Shown: in pieces, positions 35,379 to 44,953 of the stretch | Position numbering within the stretch: position 1 is the first letter of the stretch | Layout: every line of letters begins with the position of its first letter | NCBI GenBank assembly: GCA_946965045.2 | Contig: OX337234.1 | Coordinates: 1,054,001 to 1,118,000 of the forward strand | Direction of reading: 5' to 3' | Length of the DNA stretch: 64,000 nt | Source of the DNA: Epithemia pelagica | Taxonomy: Eukaryota > Protista > Bacillariophyta | The notes under the pieces: generated by a model | Databases searched by the model: none | What the model was told of the DNA's origin: nothing | Seen by the model: the letters and a program-made list of their open reading frames with translations, nothing else | Translations under genes and position numbers: made by a program

Positions 35379-36314
35379 CTATTCGTCACTAGATTTCTGG
35401 CCCGACGCCAAGCCTCCAATTTCATGAGAATTGTCATCCTCGTTTTGTGTTACGGTAGCACTCAAAGATCTTGCATTTGTGCTAAAAAACCAACCAATCG
35501 TATGATTTCCCACATTCTTGTCTTTAGGTGGTATGGAGTGTGTATGGACAGATGTTCCATGTCTGATGATTCTCCCGTCCCATGCGATCGCAATGCCATG
35601 GAATAACCGGATACAAAGCCCATGATAAGTCTTGTCCTTATGCTTTATAAGGACATTGGGAAGGACGAAATACCAATTGTTGGTGCTGCCCGGGTTGGTT
35701 TCTGTCCAGATTGTAAAGGACACTGATGCATCATGAATATCATAGTGGCTTGCATTCATCAAATCGCAACTCAAAATGATGGATGATGACACACCCCTTT
35801 CGTTTCCTCCCAATTCGTTTGGGACATCCAAACCGAAGTTTGTTTCCAGGTGTCTGAAAGCCGATAACACACCAGGGAATTTCCTCTCACAGAATCGCCG
35901 AACACCTCCACAGATTTTTGGCAATATATTCATCATGTTTGGAGATATTTTGAAAAGTTTGTCAGAAAAGAATGTACTTCTGCCACCCGTTTTTGTGCAC
36001 ACACCAACAGATGTCATGGTCCCCATATCACCATGGTTACACCTTGCATTGGCTGATCTCTCTAGTGTACCGCTCTGCGCGAAGTGACATGACCTCTTGT
36101 GTAACAATGAAAGTAGGTTTTTGTCATTTTGCTGAAGTGTTGTCACTTTGACATGGCTGATGGTTTCGTTTTTACCCGCGTACCCACGTGTCCGAACAAT
36201 GAATGTTGTATCTTCTCCGGTTTCCCTTACATCAAACAGAAGCGGACGGACCGAAGTATCAGGCGGAGGGGACAGGTTTCTATATATAATGCTCCATGGA
36301 CGTACTTTCGGCAT
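35379..36314 (-). CDS. TET/JBP-like 2OG-Fe(II) dioxygenase domain
   Basis: R..HGDMGTM..VG N-terminal motif, NASHYDIHD (HxDxxD), WYFVLP, GLCIRLFHGIAIAWDG and distal RHGT His, consistent with a double-stranded beta-helix. Confidence 0.72.
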   Translation of the reverse strand: MPKVRPWSIIYRNLSPPPDTSVRPLLFDVRETGEDTTFIVRTRGYAGKNETISHVKVTTLQQNDKNLLSLLHKRSCHFAQSGTLERSANARCNHGDMGTMTSVGVCTKTGGRSTFFSDKLFKISPNMMNILPKICGGVRRFCERKFPGVLSAFRHLETNFGLDVPNELGGNERGVSSSIILSCDLMNASHYDIHDASVSFTIWTETNPGSTNNWYFVLPNVLIKHKDKTYHGLCIRLFHGIAIAWDGRIIRHGTSVHTHSIPPKDKNVGNHTIGWFFSTNARSLSATVTQNEDDNSHEIGGLASGQKSSDE

Positions 36315-39025
36315 CCTGTCTTGTTAGCACTGGCTTTATTCAGCAGTGTTTCACGATACCACACTCTAAGAGAATGTTGGTCATTTGGTGTGATTTTTGG
36401 TCTGGACTTTTCACTTGTATAATGATCAGGGGCCCAAAGTGGAGAACCACTTTCGACATCAGACGCTTGGTAGCATTCATGGACAACTCTCTTTGCACTT
36501 TGTGTCCAATCAAAACACCAACACTTGACAACCTTTTTGAGGAATGCCCCACCACTTGGTTGGCCGTCCGAATGTCGTAAACGCAGCCAGGATATAGGTA
36601 GTGCTACCAAAGATGAAGTGCATTCCGATGTTGCATACCCAGTATTCATTATCATTGCCGAAGTATAAAAAATACCGGCCAAAGGGATGATAACGATCAC
36701 GTCATGGAAAATATGGTCCATACAATCATCACAGTTTTTCTTGGATGTGCGACAATGGAAGATTGTATCGTCAAACGCAGACCACATGGTTTTGGGGTAT
36801 TTCCGATGTCCCTTATGTCGTTGACAGCGATTCAGTACACATTCTACCAAGAAGGCACATGGAGACCGGGTTGTTAAGAACTTCGGGTCACATTCTGTCA
36901 CATGAAGCTTGTTGTCTTCGAAACAACAATGGCTTGCTGGATCTTCCGTCACCTCACCAACCACGTCTTTCATTTGTTTGTACATGTTAGGTAATTTTCC
37001 CATGATTGTCTGGAGGTCTGTTGGTGTGATGTCGTAGTCTTTCAGAACCTTTGTATAGCAGATGCCAAACATTCTCCGATCATCATTGCTACTGAGACAG
37101 AGTGATAGTAAGTCGCATAGTCTTTTTGCTACCTTGTCCATGTCAGGAATTCCAAAAAAACACATTTCTGTATGATCGGATTCATTTGGTTTGGAGAATT
37201 TTGTCGTCAAATGGCTAGGTTTCTCAGCCTGTCGTCTCTTATACTTATTCATCGTTTCATGTGTTAGTGTCAACTTCGATAGGCCCTCTTGTCGTCGTTG
37301 CTTGTTCGTGGGTAGTCCCCTGGATGAACCAATGGTCTTACATCCTTTTCTTTTCCTTTCCGGTGAAGTATTCTGTTCGTCAGTATCGTCTTGATTACCG
37401 TGTATTGGAGACTCGTGAATCTCCTTCGTACCTCGTTCGTCTTGTATGCGCTGATCCGTTTGTGTTGTCGTGTTGATGCTACTTCCCTTGTTATGGTCGT
37501 TTTTTGTCATTTGGTCATCGTTGTTCTTGCTGCTACCTTTTTGTTTGTCGGTACTATCCTTTCCTTCTTTGGTTTGTGTCGCATCATCTTGGTTGACACT
37601 GTCATTGTGACAGCTAGACGGATTATCACTGTCAGGTGTGTTGTTGGCATTCTTAGACCCGTTCTCTCCTGAATTTCCGTGTTGTTCGTAAGCAACAATC
37701 TCTTGCTTGCCACATTCCTTGCCCTTTTGTTTGTCTGTAGAACCGTTGCCATCTCTGCTTTGTATCTCTTCTCCTTGTCCACATTCATCTTGGTGACTGG
37801 AGGTTGCTTTCTGACCGCTCTGTCTGTTCCAATCATCCCTCTCCTGATTGTCCTTGGAATTCCAACTAAGTTTGGATAGGCCATCCTGCCCTCCACGACT
37901 CGCTGTAGTGTGATGAATGCCCTTTTCTCTCTCTCTACGAGGTGATTGATTTGGTTGACTATTACCTCTATCAGTTGAGGGACGGTTAGGCTCTCTCTGA
38001 CGGGTACGCCTAGTATGTTCGTTGTTTCCAGGACGACTGTCTCTAAGTGACAAATGGTGCCTGGAATGTTCGTTGTATCCAGGGAATCTCTCCCAATCCA
38101 TCGGATGTCGATTAGACCATTGATTGTGGCTATCTCTATATACCGAATGGTGCCTTGTATGTTCTCTGGAATGTTTGTTGTATCCAGAGAATCTCCTCCA
38201 ATCCATCGAATGTCGATTAGACAATTGATTTTGATTATCATGTCTTCTTTTTCTATCCCGGTAAGTGTTTTCCATGATTTGATCTCTTCTCCCTCTAGAC
38301 TCGTCTTGGTGGTTATCATGGTATCCATGTTGGTCTTGTCGTTCAATGACTCCTCTTCTAGTTTGTTGGTTATCTTGATCGAAATGTGAATGACGAGACC
38401 CATGATAAACAGATGTATTAGATCCTCTCGATCCTGGATGATCATCATTGAATCGATTCTGTCCATGCTGACAATACACTGGCCTGTCATGTTCAGGTTG
38501 CGAACCCCACTCATTTGTTCTGGGGCTTTGAGCTGTCGACAGGACGTTGTTCTGATTCCGTCCTCCCCACAGCCCATGTGGATTCTCTCTCTTGTCCTTG
38601 GTTCTTTCGTTATCATGTTGGGTTTGCTCTGTTCTATGTCTTTCTTCAGGCAGCTCACTCCGGTTACCCCAATTCGCAGGCATTGCAACGGAACGTGATG
38701 AGTTATTTCCTCCCCATTGCTGGTATTTAGCCTTCTCACCCTCTGGTGACTGATAGATTGCTTTGTGTTCAGAAGGATGAGTATATTTTCTTTGAACAGA
38801 ACGTGTCATAGGACAGAAGTACAATAGACTTTGAATATCCTGGCTGCACACCATACATGTGTTGTGGCCCCGCTGCATCCAATCTCCAACACATTCCCGA
38901 CAAAATGTATGTCTACAAAGAAACAGTTCGCAATCCACTTTTCTGGTCATACAAATCGAACAAACCTCGGGCTTGTATTTTGTCTCAACTCCTCTTTGTT
39001 CTAGTGTTGACGGCTTGTTACTCAC
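36227..39025 (-). CDS. RING-HC protein with long low-complexity linker and uncharacterised Cys/His-rich C-terminal domain
   Basis: CSIC...CRHTFCRECV...CMVC; no ATG upstream of the RING in this frame; internal duplication NRH.MDW.RF.GYN.HSR. Confidence 0.75.
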   Translation of the reverse strand: MSNKPSTLEQRGVETKYKPEVCSICMTRKVDCELFLCRHTFCRECVGDWMQRGHNTCMVCSQDIQSLLYFCPMTRSVQRKYTHPSEHKAIYQSPEGEKAKYQQWGGNNSSRSVAMPANWGNRSELPEERHRTEQTQHDNERTKDKRENPHGLWGGRNQNNVLSTAQSPRTNEWGSQPEHDRPVYCQHGQNRFNDDHPGSRGSNTSVYHGSRHSHFDQDNQQTRRGVIERQDQHGYHDNHQDESRGRRDQIMENTYRDRKRRHDNQNQLSNRHSMDWRRFSGYNKHSREHTRHHSVYRDSHNQWSNRHPMDWERFPGYNEHSRHHLSLRDSRPGNNEHTRRTRQREPNRPSTDRGNSQPNQSPRREREKGIHHTTASRGGQDGLSKLSWNSKDNQERDDWNRQSGQKATSSHQDECGQGEEIQSRDGNGSTDKQKGKECGKQEIVAYEQHGNSGENGSKNANNTPDSDNPSSCHNDSVNQDDATQTKEGKDSTDKQKGSSKNNDDQMTKNDHNKGSSINTTTQTDQRIQDERGTKEIHESPIHGNQDDTDEQNTSPERKRKGCKTIGSSRGLPTNKQRRQEGLSKLTLTHETMNKYKRRQAEKPSHLTTKFSKPNESDHTEMCFFGIPDMDKVAKRLCDLLSLCLSSNDDRRMFGICYTKVLKDYDITPTDLQTIMGKLPNMYKQMKDVVGEVTEDPASHCCFEDNKLHVTECDPKFLTTRSPCAFLVECVLNRCQRHKGHRKYPKTMWSAFDDTIFHCRTSKKNCDDCMDHIFHDVIVIIPLAGIFYTSAMIMNTGYATSECTSSLVALPISWLRLRHSDGQPSGGAFLKKVVKCWCFDWTQSAKRVVHECYQASDVESGSPLWAPDHYTSEKSRPKITPNDQHSLRVWYRETLLNKASANKTGCRKYVHGALYIETCPLRLILRSVRFCLM

Positions 39026-40653
39026 GGGTGATTTTTTGATGATTCTTCAGGGCGTCCCTCAATCGTAGTTGTAGTGTCTTCGACTGTTTTCCTATGTCCC
39101 TCTTCAGGGAATCCCTCGCTCGTAGTTGTAGTCTCTTCCGCTGTTTTCTTGTGTCCCTCTATCTTCTCCGCACCAAACATGTGGATGTTACTCTTGATCT
39201 TTTGTCCACACTGGGGACACCATACATTATGATACTTGAACCGTATTCGTAAGCAATTTCCGTGAACCAGATGTCCACATGGGATGAGGGTACAGACTTC
39301 GCTGTCTGTATCTGTTTTCAATGCCCTGTTACAGCATACGCAAGAATCTGGACAATATACAACGGTCGGTAGCAATCGATTTATATCTCTCTTGGAAATT
39401 TTGGAGTCAAGTAACACCTCCTTCGGTTCTAATCCCACCTTCGGGCACGGTATGAACAATATGTCACAATCCGTAGTCCACGTCTCTGAACACCCACCAT
39501 CAGATAGATCGACGTTCTCCTTGTATTCGTATTTATCGGTATCACGTGAAAACCCCACTTCAACGGGATCATCGTCGCTGTTACCATCGAAATTGTCAGG
39601 TCCCAACACCAAAGGAGAAATCGAATTGCCACCAACAGCATGCTCTAGTCCTCTCGAAAATTCAGTATTGTACCGTATTTGATTACTCGAAAAACAATTG
39701 GATATCGTCATACTCTTGTCTATCTGACCTTCTTTCCGACCCGGGTTTGGTCGACTACTCATTATGTTTCCAAGCATTCTGATCACAATAGCTTGTGGCA
39801 TTGGCTTTGGAGTATCCTTCTTAGGTTCGGGCATTTTCACAATGCGATATCGCCACTTGTTGCATTCCTTGTTTGTATCATGTGTTGTTTCATCTTCTTC
39901 CACTAATGATGGGTCATAACATAGTCTGACAGGCGGGGCACCTTTTGACGTATTGACCAGGTCCCATTTCCGTAGTACATGACGCGTCGTTCCTTCCCAG
40001 TATTGGTCTGATCGATTATGTATTGGTTCGTAGATATGAAGTATCTTTTTGTCGATTTCGAAAGCCAATAAAGCTGGGTCGCTGACATCAGTTGCTGTTG
40101 TCAAGGCAATGATCGCCAATATCAGTGTGTTCGGATCCTGTTGTCTCCATGATGACATAGGAATTTTCTTAGGAAATGGGTTCCTGTTTGCTTCATCAAA
40201 TGTTACTTTGTCAACATATACTAGGTTCTGATGGTTGTGATGGACCATCAATTTCAAACAAGTATAGAAAGACTCAATCGGCATGCCCGTCCTTGAAGTG
40301 TTGTAGCAAAGATCTCTCCGACGATGTCTATGTGGGATATGCAAAACACGCGTTGTAGGGTCCTGGTCATTCATCAACCCACTGTAAGACATGCATAGTG
40401 TGCACCTAAATAATGTCTTGATTTCGACATGCGTGTTGTCCTTCCCCATACTCTTAGCATACTGGGTTGCTAGCTTCATGGCCGACTTGATGTTCTCGTT
40501 GTTTCTGTTAGTTTGTTTTTCCGCAAACTTGTCTAAGTAACCGTCACCAATGTTGTCGATGGATTCATTTGAGTCCCATGAGTCTTTTCTTCTCTTCTGG
40601 TTTACTATAGGATCAAGAACGTGTGGAATTTCAATGAAAGGCGGTGGTACCAC
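39022..40653 (-). CDS. RING-H2 protein, 543 aa, with a possibly degenerate Ulp1/C48-like central region
   Basis: CVCC...CGHLVHGNC...CPQC. The Ulp1-like resemblance (LLAFEIDKKILHIYEP) is weak. Confidence 0.7.
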   Translation of the reverse strand: MVPPPFIEIPHVLDPIVNQKRRKDSWDSNESIDNIGDGYLDKFAEKQTNRNNENIKSAMKLATQYAKSMGKDNTHVEIKTLFRCTLCMSYSGLMNDQDPTTRVLHIPHRHRRRDLCYNTSRTGMPIESFYTCLKLMVHHNHQNLVYVDKVTFDEANRNPFPKKIPMSSWRQQDPNTLILAIIALTTATDVSDPALLAFEIDKKILHIYEPIHNRSDQYWEGTTRHVLRKWDLVNTSKGAPPVRLCYDPSLVEEDETTHDTNKECNKWRYRIVKMPEPKKDTPKPMPQAIVIRMLGNIMSSRPNPGRKEGQIDKSMTISNCFSSNQIRYNTEFSRGLEHAVGGNSISPLVLGPDNFDGNSDDDPVEVGFSRDTDKYEYKENVDLSDGGCSETWTTDCDILFIPCPKVGLEPKEVLLDSKISKRDINRLLPTVVYCPDSCVCCNRALKTDTDSEVCTLIPCGHLVHGNCLRIRFKYHNVWCPQCGQKIKSNIHMFGAEKIEGHKKTAEETTTTSEGFPEEGHRKTVEDTTTTIEGRPEESSKNHP

Positions 40654-40735
40654 ACCATCACCTGTCTCCTCATTTCCCTTGTTTATGGAAGCACAACGTC
40701 TCTAAGACAAAGAGATCAATCATTTTTGAGATTGT

Positions 40736-41923
40736 CTAATCCTTCTCGATTCTTGGCAAGTCGCTCGAACATCTTACCTCGTTGTCTGCGGTTTTTTCAT
40801 CGTCGTCGCTTATAATCTTCCTGACCTCTTCCACACGGTCTGATTTGAGGGCGACTTGGTTCGACGTTGTAATGGAAGTTGGTAGTACTTGTTCCTTTCT
40901 CTCGTCAGTAGGATCATTACCAGCGACGACCTTCTGTCTCTTTTTTGCCGGCGAGTCTGTACTCCGACGTTGCACGGCAATTTCTTTCGATTTCCTGGCA
41001 GACAGTAACTCTTGTTTTTCTATATAATGCAGTAGATCGTAGAACATACCGCCATCGTCTCCGTTTCTTCCATATTGTACCAAAGAATCTCTTTCTTCAA
41101 GGTACATCTTGAACCATGTGTCAGGCATCGTATACAACAGTGCTTTCTCCATTTGGATATTGGAAATCACGTCCATGTTCTCGTCCGATGTCGATTCTGA
41201 GATGAAACGGTGTATGGCCACCATATGTTCGATAACCCATGCGATTTTACCAACAGGTACGAGACGCGGTTTCCTGTAAAGGGAGGAATCATCTAGAAGG
41301 TATCGTTTCAATGCTTCTCCAATCCCACCGATCCCCTTGCGTGTCTTCTTAGAGACTAAGCCATGAGAGGAAAGAAATCTGATAATGGTTTGTCTCAGAT
41401 TCTCAGCACTGTCTATCACTGTCGTCCCAAATGCCTGATTCCAAATATTGGAAACAGGACTGTAGAGAGTCTTTTTGAACAACAGTCGAGCAACCATTGG
41501 AGTCAACTTGTCATCATCATCCATCTCGTTCTTAATTCTTGTGAAACAGAAAACGGAGTGACAGATGATATCTTGGAATGCAGGCGAATAACAGATTGGT
41601 AGGAATATCTTCACATAATGGCCGTCATGTGGTACCTCCACTGTTGTCCATTTTCCTGATTTGTCTTGGAAAACACTTTCATACCAATTGAGGACACTTT
41701 CGTATGTAATGGGCATAATACCGGTGTAGTGAGATTCCTCGCTTGTGTGTGTTCGAAGTATATGATTGGTACCAGAAACAGTCATAGTCGACACGTCCTT
41801 TCTTTTGTTTCGCACTTCATCATTCATTGAAGAAGGGTCACCAGGATTCTTGGCGGTCGGTGGCTTTTTGTAGCGAGGGCCCTTGATGCGGTTGCCCGCC
41901 ATTTTGTACTTGTCACGATGCAC
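40736..41923 (-). CDS. Hypothetical protein, 395 aa
   Basis: Long ATG-initiated ORF co-oriented with the neighbouring cargo genes; no confident domain. Confidence 0.6.
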   Translation of the reverse strand: MHRDKYKMAGNRIKGPRYKKPPTAKNPGDPSSMNDEVRNKRKDVSTMTVSGTNHILRTHTSEESHYTGIMPITYESVLNWYESVFQDKSGKWTTVEVPHDGHYVKIFLPICYSPAFQDIICHSVFCFTRIKNEMDDDDKLTPMVARLLFKKTLYSPVSNIWNQAFGTTVIDSAENLRQTIIRFLSSHGLVSKKTRKGIGGIGEALKRYLLDDSSLYRKPRLVPVGKIAWVIEHMVAIHRFISESTSDENMDVISNIQMEKALLYTMPDTWFKMYLEERDSLVQYGRNGDDGGMFYDLLHYIEKQELLSARKSKEIAVQRRSTDSPAKKRQKVVAGNDPTDERKEQVLPTSITTSNQVALKSDRVEEVRKIISDDDEKTADNEVRCSSDLPRIEKD

Positions 41924-41928
41924 TTTTT

Positions 41929-43240
41929 GTGTAGCGTCTTTGTTTCAACAACAACAACAACAACAAGGGTAGTCGAGGAAGCGCTTTAATTGTAGCGTCT
42001 TTGAGACAACCTTGTGTACTTGTCTAAACAGTAAAAAGTGTGCGCTGAATTGTGTAGCGTCTTTGGTTTGGTCCTGAACTCTGGTGGTAACAAAACAACA
42101 ACCAAATCGAAGGAATACACTACGACGCGCTTTATGTGTAGCGTCTTGTTCGTTGTGATCCAACAATCGGTGCCAGAATTTGCTACTCCAAAACCAGGGG
42201 TTGGTTGGTTGTCCAAGCAATCTCGCGACAAGAATAGAACAGAAGCAACTGGCTACCACCGTGTCACACTGCTTGCTTTGGGTCTGTTCTATTCAAGTCG
42301 GAGTATCACGAGGACAGGAGGGTTCTTGATAAACAATCTAACAGATAGCCCGAAACCGCTTTAATTGTAATAGCGTGATTGGAATGAAGGACAGAGCTGA
42401 GTGAAACAAGCAACAATCAGACAGATGCCCCAAGCCGCTTTAATTGTAGCGTGGTGATTGGAATGGCAGAGCTGCAAGATAGTGCAAGTGTCAAAGATAG
42501 GACAAATGTCGACAATATTTCGATTGCTCTGGTGGTCGTTCTTCTTCTTGGGTTCCTCTTCTTCTTGTTTTCCTGTTGTAGCGGTTTTGGAGTGAAGGTC
42601 GTGGTTGAAAGGAAGCAAGCAACAATCAGACAGATGCCCCAAGCCGCTTTAGTTGTAGCGTGATTGGAATGGCAGAGCTGCAAGATAGTGCAAGTGTCAA
42701 TGTCTCGAATGCTCTGGCCGTGCTTGAGTTCCTCTTCCTCTTCTTCTGGTGCAGCGGTTTTGGAGTGAAGTGTTGTAGCGGTTTTGGAGTGAAGGTCGTG
42801 GTTGAAAGGAAGCAAGCAACAATCAGACAGATGCCCCAAGCCGCTTTAGTTGTAGCGTGATTGGAATGGCAGAGCTGCAAGATAGTGCAAGTGTCAATGT
42901 CTCGAATGCTCTGGCCGTGCTTGAGTTCCTCTTCCTCTTCTTCTGGTGCAGCGGTTTTGGAGTGAAGGTGGCTGAAGAGGAAGCAAGCAACAAAAAGGTG
43001 ACTGAAAAGGAACCAAGCAACAATCAGACAGATGCACCAAGCCGCTTTAATTGTAGCGTGATTGGAATGGCAGAGCTGTTAGGTTGGTGAAAGAAGTTGG
43101 ATAGGTGAAAGGATTGAAAAGGGAATCTCGGCAGAGAGAAAGCAAGCAACAAAAAGGTGGCTGAAAAGGAACCAAGAAACAATCAGACAGATGCCCCAAG
43201 CCGCTTTAATTGTAGCGTGATTGGAATGGCAGAGCTGTTA
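41929..43240. repeat. Right subterminal complex repeat array of the DNA transposon
   Basis: Core CCGCTTTA(A/G)TTGT..AGCGTG..ATTGGAATG at about 42356, 42435, 42644, 42841, 43042 and 43201; TGTAGCGTCTT at about 41930, 41991, 42053 and 42136. Confidence 0.9.
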
Positions 43241-43965
43241 GGTTGATGAAAGAAGCTGGATAGATAATGGGATTGAACAGGGGAATCTCGATAGCGTTGG
43301 GTGATCGATTGCTGTTGTTGCTGCTGCTGCTGCTGCTGTTGTTGTTTGTTGTGGTGTGTTGGGTGGAGGTGGAGGGAGATGAATGAGCATCGATTCTGGT
43401 GGTCGTTGATTGTTGAATGACTAGTATGCTAAGTTGTTCGGTTTTGTTCGATGGATCAGAGTGTCGAGTTGGTAATCCCCGCGGTTTGGGTGATTGGGAA
43501 GGAGGATCCATCTGAGACATTCTTTGGGACATCCATGTGCGTCAGTCTTTCTGGCAGCTGCTGTGTGATGTGGTGGGAGTGGAAATTAGTGATTCAAAGG
43601 TGAGGGGACAGACGCTTGCGCATGAGGGTTGCGTCATGCGCGTCTCGGGGGGGTCGAGCGCGCCAGATAGTTGTAGTGCGTATTAGCGGAGTGTGGCGCG
43701 CGTTATTCGTGGTTTGATCGCGGGCTTGTGCGCATTAAAATTGTTGCATGCGCGTGATAGTCAGCTCGATCTCTAGAACTAGCTAGAGAAATGTGCATTG
43801 TTAGACCTAGATTTGCAGATTTAGTTGGGAAAGCAGGATTATAGTTAAAAACTGCGCATATAAAAATAAACTGCGCATAAAAAATTTTAATTCGGCGAAT
43901 TTTTTCTAGAAATTCGCTTTTGGGGGTGGAAATCAAGCGCCAGGGCAAATTTCCCTCCTTAGATG

Positions 43966-44589
43966 CATGATCCTAAGACAACACACGAAGAAGCATTAGA
44001 AAGGATCGGACAATACTTGAAAGGGACAATGGAGAAAGGACTCATCCTCCGTCCAACTTACGACAATCTCAACGTTGATTGTTACGTTGATGCAGACTTC
44101 GCGGGTCTGTGGCCACATGAGGATAAGATGGATCCGTCATGTGTCAAGAGCCGAACTGGGTTTGCCATCTGCATCGCAAACTGTCCAGTCATTTGGCAAA
44201 GCAAGTTGCAATCGGATATTGCAACATCAACAATGGAGGCGGAATACACAGCGCTCAGTGTGGCGATGAAATCTGTGTTGCCTCTTCTGGAACTTCTGAA
44301 AACTGTGGCACGAGGTGTCGGCATGACAGAAGATCAGAGCACGAAATTCAAAACCACAGTGTGGGAAGATAACAATGGTGCCCTGACGCTCGCGAACATG
44401 GAGCCGGGCAGGTTCACACTAAGATCAAAGTTCTATGCGATTCGAATGCACTGGTTTCGATCGCACTTAAAGCCGAATCGAGTCACGGTTGAAAAGATCG
44501 AGACATCAAAACAACGTGCAGACATAATGACAAAGGGTCTGACGAAAGATACATTTGAAACAATTCGGAAGCTACTGTGTGGATGGTAG
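43966..44589 (+). pseudogene. pol: Copia-3 RT C-terminus and RNaseH (continuation of 21812-25455)
   Basis: HDPKTTHEEALERIGQYLKGT, YVDADFAG, TMEAE, EDN, RADIMTK. Confidence 0.95.
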
Positions 44590-44614
44590 CCGAGATATTG
44601 CGCTTGAGAGGGAG

Positions 44615-44851
44615 TGCGAGTATAGCTGGGGTAGCAAGCTTATACCCGGCAACAAGACTCATCAATCACGAATGATGAGCGACGTAGATGTGAACGAATG
44701 GATGGAATGACTCATCCAAAAGATATTGAAGAAAAGATCCAAGTGAATTTAGTGAGAATTTAGGACTAACATAATAGTGATTATCAGAATAAGTATCCTT
44801 TTACGGATTGCTCAATGGGAAAGAGACCGCCGTTCTTTTCCACTACTCGCA
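44615..44851 (+). repeat. Copia-3 LTR (237 bp), shared between upstream pol and downstream gag
   Basis: Terminal inverted TGCGAGTA...TACTCGCA, PPT upstream and PBS downstream. Confidence 0.88.
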
Positions 44852-44863
44852 GGTTCTGAGCCC
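44852..44863 (+). promoter_or_regulatory. Copia-type primer binding site
   Basis: GGTTCTGAGCCC abuts the LTR and resembles the GGTTATGGGCCC-type PBS of copia elements primed by an internal tRNA-iMet fragment. Confidence 0.7.
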
Positions 44864-44953
44864 AAGTATTACGCTGTAGAAGGTTTCCCAAGGTCGTACG
44901 GTGTCAAGGAAGTGAGTGCTCTGGCAAGCTAGGACAGAGAGAAGGTGAGAACA

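Larger units (their letters stand above)
25456..43965. mobile_element. 18,510-bp cut-and-paste DNA transposon, Plavaka/CMC-like, with multi-gene cargo
   Basis: TIRs CATCTAAGGAAGGAA (25456-25470) and TTCCCTCCTTAGATG (43951-43965) have one mismatch. CA is duplicated at 25454-25455 and 43966-43967. Removing the element restores the RT frame. Confidence 0.93.
20330..44851 (+). mobile_element. Ty1/copia element Copia-3, 5'-truncated and split by an 18.5-kb DNA transposon
   Basis: Gag C-terminal half, then pol up to 25455. RT resumes in frame at 43966, followed by PPT GAGAGGGAG and an LTR at 44615-44851. Confidence 0.93.

Noticed and set aside
37507-38739. 410-aa alternative-frame ORF within the 932-aa RING ORF
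   Set aside because: It arises from low-complexity repetitive sequence and has no recognisable domain; a dual-coding role is unsupported.
42350-43240. Repeat-spacer look suggestive of a CRISPR array
   Set aside because: The spacers are homologous to each other and variable in length, there are no cas genes, and the context is a eukaryotic transposon.
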